This document shows positions 54,007-64,000 of a DNA stretch of 64,000 nt, piece after piece. Source of the stretch: Catajapyx aquilonaris (Eukaryota); NCBI GenBank assembly GCA_000934665.2, contig KZ538107.1, positions 62,001-126,000 on the forward strand, written 5' to 3'. Under the pieces are notes generated by a model. It saw only the letters and a list, made by a program, of their open reading frames with translations, had not been told where the DNA came from and searched no databases. The first letter of the stretch is position 1. Each line of letters begins with the position of its first letter. The translations under genes and the position numbers were made by a program.

Positions 54007-56009
54007 GGTTCGAACGGCGCACACGCTACACAAAAAAATGTATACGAGTTACGTGCTATTGCATAAATCCCTTGTACATATTTTGAAACCGACTAATTCC
54101 TCTCGTCCAACAGGAAAGATAATAGGCCTCCTGGTTTGGTCCCCATTTGTTTGGGTCATCATTATGTTTGGTCTCCGTACTGCCGTCCCATATAGGTTCC
54201 CCCCACGATTGGGTTGCACTAGTTGTACACGCTCACATTCTCACGCATGGTCCATTGGGCAGTGAATAGCTGCAGGTTGACTTTCTGCAGGAATCAAGGA
54301 GGATTAAAGGCTGGGGTTGGAAGGTTCGGTTCACACTCCAGTCTTCAAGTGCATCTTATCATTACAGCTTGCACGTCCCTGTTTTTCTCTCTCCTTTAGT
54401 AGCATATCTCAGGAATTTGAGTTCAGTTCGGTCGAGGAGCCTTCCAACATATCCCACCTTTCATTCTCCATTCCTCGACAAATCGAGAAAGAGAGAAGAA
54501 AAAAACCTCTGCCTCCTCTCCCTCTGTTCCTTCAGTTCACTTCCTTCCTCTTAGTATCTTTCCTATAATCTGTATGACAATAACAAGGGGCAGAATTGCG
54601 CCTTCGCTTCGTCGGTATAATATATAAACCAATAATAACACTAATCCTAAGATTTAAAATACTCCTGGTATAGCAACCTTGCAGGAAGCGATTTCTCTTT
54701 CTGATAGAGGCGTTCATGAAGATTCCATGGGCCTAAGGGCTCACCAGCTGGGAAATTTGGGCGAACATAGGGAATTTACAAGGCGTGGATGGGTGTCGTG
54801 TCGACTGCAAAAAAGATAGACAGAGACAGAGTGATGGAGAGAAGAGAGAGAGAGAGAAAAAAAAACAACAACAGAAATTCAAGTCCTTTGTAAAGTAGAC
54901 CGTACATTTGTGTGCAACTGGTGGCATTTCCGAGAGAGGTTTGTAGATTTTTTCCCTTCCCTTCTCCGGACTCTCCCAGCTGATGGGCTCCCTCTGTGAA
55001 CTTTTTATATAAGTTATACCGGTTCGTTGCTGAGAGAGACGAATACAATTTTCCATCTCCTTTCAGGTGTGACTTTGTAAAGAAGCACATGTGGATAATA
55101 ACCAATTTCTTAGTTTCCAAACACTGGGTTGCTTATTACCTGCACACCTGCTGGCATTATCAGTTTCAGGAATGTTGAAAGAACGTGTTATCCTTGCTTA
55201 TTCCAGAGAAATCAGCATTAGGTGCCTGCAAGAATTCTGGGGGAAGAGAAGCACCATGAGAATGAACTTGATAAATATGGGCCATGTTGATATATCAACA
55301 CAAATATAGAATTTTCACAACCAGAATGTCTACAACGTAAGCAGGATTCAGATTTCTTTCTGGAAAAAATTACGGTGTCGCTTATTGCTAAAAATGATGG
55401 ATATTCAGTGACTCTGATGCTGAAGGACATCCAGCCGTAGTTCTATTTGTCCGTATCACTCGATTTCTGGTCTGAAGTATTAAGCGTTGGGAAGTGGACG
55501 GAAAGGAAGTAATCCCCGCCTCCCTATATACCCCACCGCCTCTGGGCGATACAGCTCTGGTGGCCTAAGAAGCGGAAAGGATTACAAACGGATCATCATT
55601 TTCTCCCTGACCAGTTTCAGGCTTGGGTGATTCCAAGGCAAGAAAAAGGAAAAATAAAATGAAGATCTGTTAGCCAAGGAGAAGGACTCTCTAGGACTAG
55701 GTAGGTCTACGTAGTAATTGCTGCGAGGTATTGAGAGGGTTACAGGCCAAGATGAATGTTTGTGTTTACAGCGGGAAAGCAACGTGAGATTTACTTTTAT
55801 CCCATCAATATGTATGTTATAACTGTAGGCTACGTGTATCAAGTATTGATTATTTAATTCACTCTCACACGTGTCCATGACACCTGTCATAAAAAGGCAG
55901 CAATTAACAACTGATTATACAGGGCGATCCTAAATACTTGTCATATTGCTTTTGCAATATTTCTCACATTCAACTACATAATTATTACGGTATCAAGTAG
56001 TATCAGTGG

Positions 56010-56072
56010 CAGTGGCGTAGCGGGGGTTGCCAGCGCCCGGGGATGGGCAAGTATTGCGCCCCCCCCCCCCCC
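56010..56072 (+). mobile_element. Orphan hAT-like MITE left terminus
   Basis: CAGTGGCGTAGCGGGGGTTGCCAGCGCCCGGGG...GCGCCCCCCCC; same terminus type as 2881-2894. Confidence 0.4.
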
Positions 56073-56250
56073 AAGCACACGCATTGTATTTTTAAAAAAT
56101 ACTGATGTAATCAAAGAAAATGTATTTAATGCTAGTGTAAAGGAATGAATTCTCAGAAGGGAGAAAAATGATATTTTCTCAAAGAAAGCGGAGTAAAGAT
56201 GAGGGTAAATTCAAGATATTGAACCAGTTTGCTTCATTAATAACGATATA

Positions 56251-56984
56251 CAGAGTGTTTCACTATGTAGCCCGCCCAAAGAATCGACTATAGTGTTTTC
56301 TTCCTATACTCTACCTAGATGCCTGATGTTTGATTTAAAACTTACCTTAGTTCATGGAAATGTAGTACCATTCGCAATAAATGCTGTACTTGAGTTTCAA
56401 CGACCTCCACACGCACTCGAACGTGACTCGACACAACCAGGACACAACGGTCCTTATTATCGAAGGCCCTCCTCAGCTCATCGATATTAATAGTAAGGAT
56501 TGCTGCACCAAGTGTTTTGGACCAATACAGTGATAGATGCCTTCCTTTAGATTAATAAAAAATCGAAGAAGTGAAGCACAGGCTGCTGGAATGACCGAAA
56601 AAGTCACCACGATTTTATCACAAGAAACCGGGTATCCTGTTTCCACCTGTCAAAATAACCGAGAATGGGGATATTTGAAGAATTATGCTTGCAACAATGA
56701 GCCTCGAGGTTTGAAGACTTGGAAAGCAACATAAGTGGAGAAATCTGGACCATTTTTATGGGGATATGCAGAGGAGGATATTCGATAATAAGGAGAGCTG
56801 GGTCGAGTCGCGTTCGAGTGAGTATGGAGGTCGTTGAGGTCAGGTACAGCATTTATAGTGAATACGTAGTTCTGTCGATTCCCATTAACTAAGGTAACTT
56901 TTAAACCAAACATTACATTTCAAGTCGAGTGGTAAGAAAAATATAGTCGATTCTTTGGGGGGACTACCTTAGTGAAAGAGCCGG
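56251..56984. mobile_element. Old MITE with long diverged TIRs (Tc1/mariner-like)
   Basis: About 230-bp imperfect inverted arms (CCAAAGAATCGACTATA, TTACCTTAGTT, CACTCGAACG and CCTTATTATCGAA on both arms); TA at 56249-50 and 56985-86. Confidence 0.8.
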
Positions 56985-58647
56985 TATTTCAAATATTTAA
57001 ACTGTCTGGTTTAACCTAAAAAGGTACAGTAGGAATGGGTCACCCTCAATAAAGGCAAGGCAGCTTGCTTTTCCTTAAAAAATTATCAATTCGAGTATTG
57101 TATAGTACAAAGAAGAAGGAACACTTCCTCAAAATCAAATTGGTATGCATGGACGAGAACCCCCAGAATAATAATAATTATTGTCCCACCTTCCAAGAAG
57201 AGAACCTCTCCATTTTTTTACAACCTGTCACTCATGAAACCCAGAGGAAGGCTAACCGCCCATGTTTCATCTGCAAACATTTGCACCATGGTCCATTGTA
57301 AATCTACTAATCTAGCACTGTCTTCCTTCCTTGACTCAAAACCAAGAGGACCAATTTTGCTTTATGATCAATATTATTATCACTGCTAAATCACGTCTAC
57401 ACACGCACATTCTCAAGGAAAATCATACAAGAAGGCGTCACTTTTTTGGCCTCTGACTCCATAGTTGCATATTTTCTCATTTTTGTTTACTTTTTGCCAT
57501 AAACTTAGTCATTCTTATTAATTTTTTTTCCACTTCGTCAATCCCAGTTGGCCGATAGTGAACTCAGTGTATATTTTCATGCATATTCCCACTTGCAACT
57601 TTTCTACTTACTGTTAGTGAAACCCCCCTGGAAGTGAGTTAATATGATAACCCATTTGCATTTACTGGAGTAAGAACTGTCTGAGTGGGAGGGCTACCGA
57701 TACGCAGACATAAGACGCGTATAAGAACACTTATGTAAACTTATGTACCAAAAAAGCTTAACTTTACTGCAGACGCCATACCTGTATACAAAAACGAACG
57801 TATATACATATGGATTAGTGTATAGTGTATACTGTATATACGTATATTAAAACAATGCAACTCGGGATATTACTTCAATGGTTATGCAAGCTGCATAGGC
57901 CTTTTGGATATGCAAGCTCTATCGATTCCACACAGGTGACATCGATAGAGCTTCAAAACCCAGTAAAGTTCATATCTGTAACTAATTTCGTTTTCAAATG
58001 AAAATGGTGTGACCCTCTGGTCAAAAATGGGGTCTGGGGGGTAGCGTTCGTCTTTTGTTTCTCCCTCTCCTCGTGTGATCTTTGTGTAATCTTCATGTCT
58101 GTAAATGTACGTACATTGACAGAGCTTCAAAAATCAGTAAAGGTCATCTCTGTAACTTTCCAGTTTTCGAGTAAAATGGAGGAGAAAAATCACCCGCTTT
58201 TTGCAGGGCCCCCCGTTACTTTGTCTAACCCTTGTATATCACTTCAGATAAATGCAAGTTTAAGCTGGAATGTAAATCACAATTATTAATTACCTGGAGA
58301 TACGTTGGGGGCCATACTACTTGACACTGATGCACACCTATGAAACGAAGAGGTCCGGTCCACTCACCAGTTCAAGACAAATTGACTTTTTCCAGTTGAT
58401 GCAGCGAAGGTGAAAGCTCGGTTCAACCTTGACCGGCTCATTTTAATACTGAATACAAATGGTGTCACAGTACAGCACTTTACAGTATAGTAGTGGCGGT
58501 ATTCATAGATCTCTATACTATAGATTCCGAAGTGATTCCGAAGTATCTGTATTGGTTTTCCTTTGGCTACAGTATAATTAATATAGTAAGCAGGAAAGTA
58601 TCTGATGTGTTTATCGTAGTAATATGTTTCCCCCCTATTTTTATCAG

Positions 58648-58660
58648 ATTGTTCAAGAAG
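58648..58660 (+). CDS. Candidate 13-nt microexon (ATTGTTCAAGAAG) upstream of the HMG-box exons
   Basis: Pyrimidine tract ending ...ttttatcag| and perfect AAG|GTAAGT; read as IVQE+G it joins 62618 in frame. Confidence 0.4.
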
Positions 58661-58991
58661 GTAAGTTGTAGTCGTTTTTAATTTCCACGGCTAACATCGT
58701 CTGTGTTAAAATTACATATTTTTGAAGCCAGTTGGGGGGGTCGTCTTTCGTTGTAAAATTTTCAATCGATTGGCCATATTCGTTCAGAAGTGTATCTAAT
58801 TGTTTCACCCAGTTAAATCGTGCAGGGGGGTTTACTTGAGTAAGTAAATAGTTAACATCGTCGAGCTGCCTTACTTATCCTAATCAACCGAAGCACTATA
58901 GTGAATAGGCCTGACGAGGAAGATTTAGGCCCATAAATTAGGCCTTGCTATAAAGTTCTAGACAGTAGGCCTATTATATACAATAGATGCT

Positions 58992-59500
58992 AAAGGATGA
59001 GGCACAAAATATACGGGCGAGTGGTCTTCCGTTCGATTTGCCTGAAAATTGGATATGTTGCAGCCCAGACCATCCTGATCAATGTTGGATAGGGACATTT
59101 CGAGGTAGGACCTACAGGGAGCATGCTAATGACCTCCGCAGGTAATAGGGGGAGTAGTAGACTACAGTAAGTCTCAGGAACTCAATGGTTATTGCATTAA
59201 ATTATCTATTAATCTTTATTACCTATTCATCTGGTTCAAATTCTACTCCTTGAAGGTTGTCATCTGGAGTTTCCTCCAGCTGCACTTCAATATTCATTGG
59301 GTCAATGTAAGGAAGCGAGGTTTCTCTCACAGCAATCTTCTAGCCTCTTCGATGAATAGCAATTAGCACGCTCCCTGTAGGTCCTACCTCGAAATGTCCC
59401 TATCTAACATTGATCAGGATGGTCTGGGCCACAACATATCCAATTTTCAGGCAAATCGAACGGAAGGCCACTCGCCCATATATTTTGTGCCTCATCCTTT
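58992..59500. mobile_element. Foldback/MITE element with 139-bp TIRs
   Basis: Arms 58992-59130 and 59362-59500 differ at 6 positions by my count, all transitions; termini AAAGG...CCTTT. Confidence 0.92.
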
Positions 59501-61877
59501 GATTGTACAGTCACCTCAAGGAGTAACTTTGGCGCGAAAAGCTAATCTCGAAACAGGTGCTTCCCGGGGCTACCAGAGCTCCTCCCCCTCTGATGTCATA
59601 ACTCGCACTCCTACCCCGCTTTCCCCCGATCCCCAAACTATAGGCTTTATAGGGTGTCTTTCACAGAAGTGTATTTTGCGTAGCCCGCCCACTCTGAAAA
59701 TGGTCAGCTGTCACGTTACTATATAGCTACTGGCAATGCTTTTGCAATAAGAAGTTGCGAACCTCTGATCCAAGTAGGCCTATAAGTATAACACTAATAT
59801 GCATCAAATATGCCAATTATAGCTATTGCAGTGCGGAATTATTTTGTGCAAGCTGGCGTAGTTTTCATTTCGGGCTTCGGCGTGGTCAGGAATACCTCAT
59901 CAGGTCAGTCAGCACAGTATGAGGCGTTGTAATATTATTTGCATCTGTTAGGTCACTTACCGGTACATTCCATTATAATTGAAGGGTTTGGTTCAAAATC
60001 CCGATAAGTCCACTTTTGTTACTTTCGATAAAACAAATAAAAAGTTAATTTCCGCCAAATTTAAAGAATTTTTCTTATGATAATTTTTTTGTTTCGTAGG
60101 GGGATACCAAAGTCAACATGCACCAGAATATGAAGTTTGTACGACGCATATTACACATTCTACAGTAAGGTAGAATATAATGTGGACATGTCTTGCGAAC
60201 ATGTGACATACAGTAAAAAAAACACACAAATTTCACTTTTAATTTTTAAAAACCTTCAAAAATCTTTCATTACGCTGAATATACGTATTCACAGATTACA
60301 CAAACGCCTAACACCCTAACTTAAACATCATATTATTTTAATACACAACACCTCAATGAGGGTCGCGTAGAATGATAGAGCCTTGAATAATTTCATAGTG
60401 TGACCGTTTTTTCTACAGGACAGTAGATTAGCTGCTCACGATTACATGGTGCTGTGTCGAAAATCCTGGCATCGAAGTCTGGACAGATTCTTACAATGCG
60501 AATGTCAAGCCTTGTTAAGACTTAACTAGCTTAATTAAATACATTATATGTCAACTTTCGTGTAGATTTTTTTCTGCTGTTAGGATGTGTTGGTTATCTA
60601 CATAACACATGTGTCACTCTGTCCTGTAATTTTTTTTAGCTGAATACATTCGACACCCCCCACCCTTGCCCCCACCCCCTGTTCTAACCGTACTGTCCCA
60701 GATTATATAGTAAATACAAACACTTAGGGGGGGGGCACTTTGTTCTGGCAACAATTACAATATTTTATTTACGTTGTCCTAGTTACAGAGTTGACTCGAC
60801 GTGAAATTGCATAATCGGAGAGAGTGCAGGATAGCATCTCTTCTTAAGATGTCTAGCGAAGCTAGGAAAAATCTTGTCGGAAAGCAGTTCTGTAAGTTGC
60901 ACGATATTGAATGACTTTTGCTTGATATGCTTCAAAGGGCTGAAGGTATTTTCAGTACAGATAAGCAGTAAATCTCTCTCATACACAATTTTGTGACTCA
61001 CATCAGTAGAAGCCGCGCAAATAATGGAATGGTTATCCGAATTTTATTTTCAAAATGACCCTGCCAGCTGCGCTAGAACAAGGTGACCCCAGGTCGTAAC
61101 ACCCTCATGAGTTTTATTTCACATGACACGTAATTTGCATGATGAAAACAGCGACTATACAATATATGCGAATACGACAATGGCAATTGTTATTGTTGTC
61201 ATGACATTAAGTCCGATCGTTTTGCCTTTGGAGTCAGTGGCAATATTTATTCAGGTAATAAGGCATTAATAAAGCACTCGGTGAGTCCAATTACATTTTC
61301 ACATAATATTTTTGGCCTGCATTTACCAATCAATTACACGACTCTACTGAATACAACAATCTATTGATACGAACACGAATTGGAGCCAGAAAATATTAAT
61401 GAAACGTAGGGTACAACGTGAAGGCTGTAAATTAACCCATTTGTTCCTGAGGTTGATCTACTGATGATATTTTAATAATTTTAAGGCATGCTGCGTTAGA
61501 AGGCGGAAACTAAGATTGAAAAAATAGTTCATAGTAAAATTCTAACTACAACAGAAGTTACAAGGCGTCCTATATATACAGTATGTATAGAATGCTAGGA
61601 CAATCCGTATAATTTTTTCTCCACTCATTGCTTCACTTTACATGCAATGTGGCAATTCTCACAATCGAATTATCACAGTGCTGGTATAGCAATGATGGAA
61701 TCATATTATATCCCAATCATTCAGGTATTTCAGCCCATTATATCAAGTCGCATATTTCTCGTAGGACTTTCTCTTTTTTCATCTTGGAAAGTATGGGTCC
61801 CAAGTTTCACTATGTAAGACTATGGCTATACAAGGCCGTGATCTAAAATACTTCTCCAATAATTGCTGTGGCTGTAA

Positions 61878-62138
61878 GGGGTCGTCCATATACCACGTGA
61901 CCGATTTTTGGCCACTTTTTGACCCCCCCCCCCTCCCCCCCTCTTTCACGTGTGTTTTTTTTAAATGTCAATGTTATCAGAAAAAACGCGATCGAAATTG
62001 ATAGCTCCTCAACTAAACTGTTTAAGCACGTAAAAAACATGTCTCCCCATGTGTTCGGGGTCGCTGATTTCGAATTTTAGGTTATTTTGAACCCATGTNC
62101 CCCCCCCCAAAACGGTCACGTGGTATATGGACGACCCC
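61878..62138. mobile_element. Intact PIF/Harbinger-type MITE
   Basis: Perfect 26-bp TIR GGGGTCGTCCATATACCACGTGACCG and TAA on both flanks (61875-77, 62139-41). Confidence 0.9.
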
Positions 62139-62617
62139 TAAGTTGTTGGCACTAATCTACGTAATTTAAGCCGTTACTTTTTAATGGCTATCAAAAAGTA
62201 TTAGTAGATTGTAGGACACCATTGTTTCCCTTGATGCCATTCGCCACTCATAAGGGCCAACAATGTAAATATTGTATAGTGGCTTTCCACAACCTTTCTT
62301 GCAACAGTCATACACTGTATTAATTTTTCAAAGCTATAGAAGTATTTATAATTCAAAGAAATAGTTACTCAATTGTGCGCGATCGCGCCAATTCTGAAAT
62401 ATGCAAATCCCAACATTCCACTTGTATTTGTGGCTGATTTAATCACGGAAATGTGATGTATCTGCATTCTCCCACTAGAGTAGACTTTCATGAAGAGGCC
62501 TTAATCTGTGATTTACCTTTATAATCATAACTGCGAGAAATATACTTTTCCCTGCCCGTCCTATGTATAGGACGCTAGGAACAAATGGGTTAAATGTGTA
62601 TAACTTTTCTTTATCAG

Positions 62618-62718
62618 ATAACAGCAAGAACGCAAACGTCGCCGAAAGAGTATCTCAGCAGATTGGTGTCGAGCAGGTGGCCTCCCCGGAACCTCATGAT
62701 ATGTCTCCAGAGTGCAAG
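62618..62718 (+). CDS. Exon of a putative HMG-box protein gene
   Basis: ttttctttatcag| and AAG|GTAGGC; xNSKNANVAERVSQQIGVEQVASPEPHDMSPECK; phase 0 join to 62877 across a 158-nt intron. Confidence 0.6.
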
Positions 62719-62876
62719 GTAGGCTACTGCATTTGCAAGTGCAATAATTATTACCATGATCAGTGCAATGCTTATGACATTAGACAAAATGATACAGATA
62801 CAAAATGTCTGTTGTCTAAACAATTAAGTAGTGTGAAATGATCTTTAGTATTCTAATTCTAACTAATTTGGTCCAG

Positions 62877-63138
62877 ATCAAGAGAACCTTCACTGCTCCA
62901 TGGCCTTTTTTCAAGAAACCTAAGTTGATTACCCGTGAGCCAGAAGGAATTTGTAACATGAAGACAGGATTTTTCCTATACTTCAAGTGGGAGATCCTTG
63001 CTCTCAGTAGCAAATTTCCCCGAGTACCACCACACGATATCTCTGTTATGTTGCGTCAGAACTGGTTCAAAAAGAACAGCCTTGATAAGAATGAGTACTT
63101 TGAGATCGGGCAGGCCTTGGATGATGTAAAGAGGAAAG
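62877..63138 (+). CDS. Exon encoding a divergent HMG-box domain
   Basis: ctaac branch and gtccag| acceptor; ...TGFFLYFKWEILALSSKFPRVPPHDISVMLRQNWFKKNSLDKNEYFEIGQALDDVKRK follows the HMG-box spacing F-F-L-Y...E...P...D-I-S-x-x-L-x-x-x-W...D-K-x-x-Y-x-E; likely donor AAG|GCGAGT. Confidence 0.68.
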
Positions 63139-63494
63139 GCGAGTTTCATATATTTCATTCAATATCATTGTAAATATCTATTCTCTTAAAATCACCTCTG
63201 TCTGTAGAGCAGGTTATGCGTCCTCCGAACAATATATTACTCTTAGTAGAGTCTATCAAACGTATTAGTTGCTAGCATTAGGTCGAATTGAATCATCCAT
63301 CCAAGCTCGGCATTGAGACTCCGATGGAGACTGACCCATTATAACAATTATTGGCAGCTATAATGTCAGTGGCATAACCCATTTTTTCGGCTAGACCCCT
63401 GTATGGTTAATAACGTTGCCCTCAGATGACTTATTAGCTACGTTATAAGTTTCATAATCTCTATACATGTGACTGTTCCCATGTTAGTGCTTAA

Positions 63495-63495
63495 T

Positions 63496-63537
<42 letters not shown>

Positions 63538-63799
63538 AATAATAATAATAATAATAATAATCTGGGTAGTGCTTGATCTCATTGCGAGGTATGTAGCTCA
63601 GAACCTTTTTTCGAATCGCCCGGGTTGTTTTGTGAACTCCCCCGGGTGGATTAGTCCATAATTAGTCCCACCCGAGACAAAGCCAGAAACGATCCAACTC
63701 TGCAGAAGATGAAAGGGGGGAAAGCCCGGGCTTGTGCTCGAACCCGGGACCCTTCCATCCGTAGGCGCATACGTTTCCGCGGAACCACTCTGCCTTCCC
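63495..63799 (-). mobile_element. Full-length tRNA-derived SINE (family C)
   Basis: Minus strand GGGAAGGCAGAGTGG (A-box-like) ... GTCCCGGGTTCGAGCAC (B box), (TTA)n(TTG)n tail; 9-bp TSD AGTGCTTAA at 63486-63494 and 63800-63808. Confidence 0.85.
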
Positions 63800-63899
63800 A
63801 GTGCTTAAAAATAAAGAGCTTATGACCACAAATTATTAACTCAAAGGGAAACCTCAACTGTAGGCTACCGTACCGTAACACATTTTGTTGGCCATAAAA

Positions 63900-63963
63900 T
63901 TCGTGACTTTTACTTAGGAAATAAATAGCTTAAGCTATTTATTTCCTAAGTAAAAGTCACGAA
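63900..63963. repeat. Perfect 64-bp spacer-less palindrome
   Basis: TTCGTGACTTTTACTTAGGAAATAAATAGCTT|AAGCTATTTATTTCCTAAGTAAAAGTCACGAA, checked base by base. Confidence 0.97.
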
Positions 63964-64000
63964 ACTTTGACAAAGGCAATGGTTTTACTTTATTTATGCA

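Noticed and set aside
59860..59910. Hammerhead ribozyme cores (CTGATGA...GAAA) here and at other CTGANGA sites
   Set aside because: I could not build convincing stems I-III around any of them by eye.
1..64000. Prokaryotic operon, CRISPR array or defence system
   Set aside because: Spliced genes, SINEs, microsatellites and the lack of long ORFs show eukaryotic DNA; no regularly spaced repeat-spacer array was seen.

Overview
Eukaryotic, very likely arthropod or other invertebrate, genomic DNA: intron-rich, full of SINEs, MITEs and microsatellites, with one 152-N assembly gap. Almost all ORFs in the supplied track are spurious. The main feature is a + strand multi-exon gene for a type I membrane protein (signal peptide, CUB-like domain, LDLa module, transmembrane helix, cytoplasmic tail) that resembles Drosophila lost and found (loaf/CG6024). 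I reconstructed it by hand with consistent intron phases: 21463-21619, 40443-40666, 41444-41588, 42289-42411, 46831-47001, 48063-48238 (331 aa), plus a downstream exon starting at 49983. Exon 6 is a symmetric 195-nt exon with an in-frame TGA, and the frame stays open into the next exon, suggesting readthrough or exon skipping. Intron 1 holds a 71-nt tRNA-like element whose shortened anticodon arm presents TCA. A second + strand gene with a divergent HMG-box begins near the right end (62618-63138), probably with a GC donor and possibly a 13-nt microexon. Also present: four tRNA-derived SINE copies (three with clear target-site duplications), a non-autonomous Helitron inside a (TTA)n tract, several MITE/foldback elements and a perfect 64-bp palindrome. 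No database search was run, so family names come from recognised motifs. I cannot claim a proven new system; the readthrough/tRNA-like pairing is the most intriguing but speculative lead.
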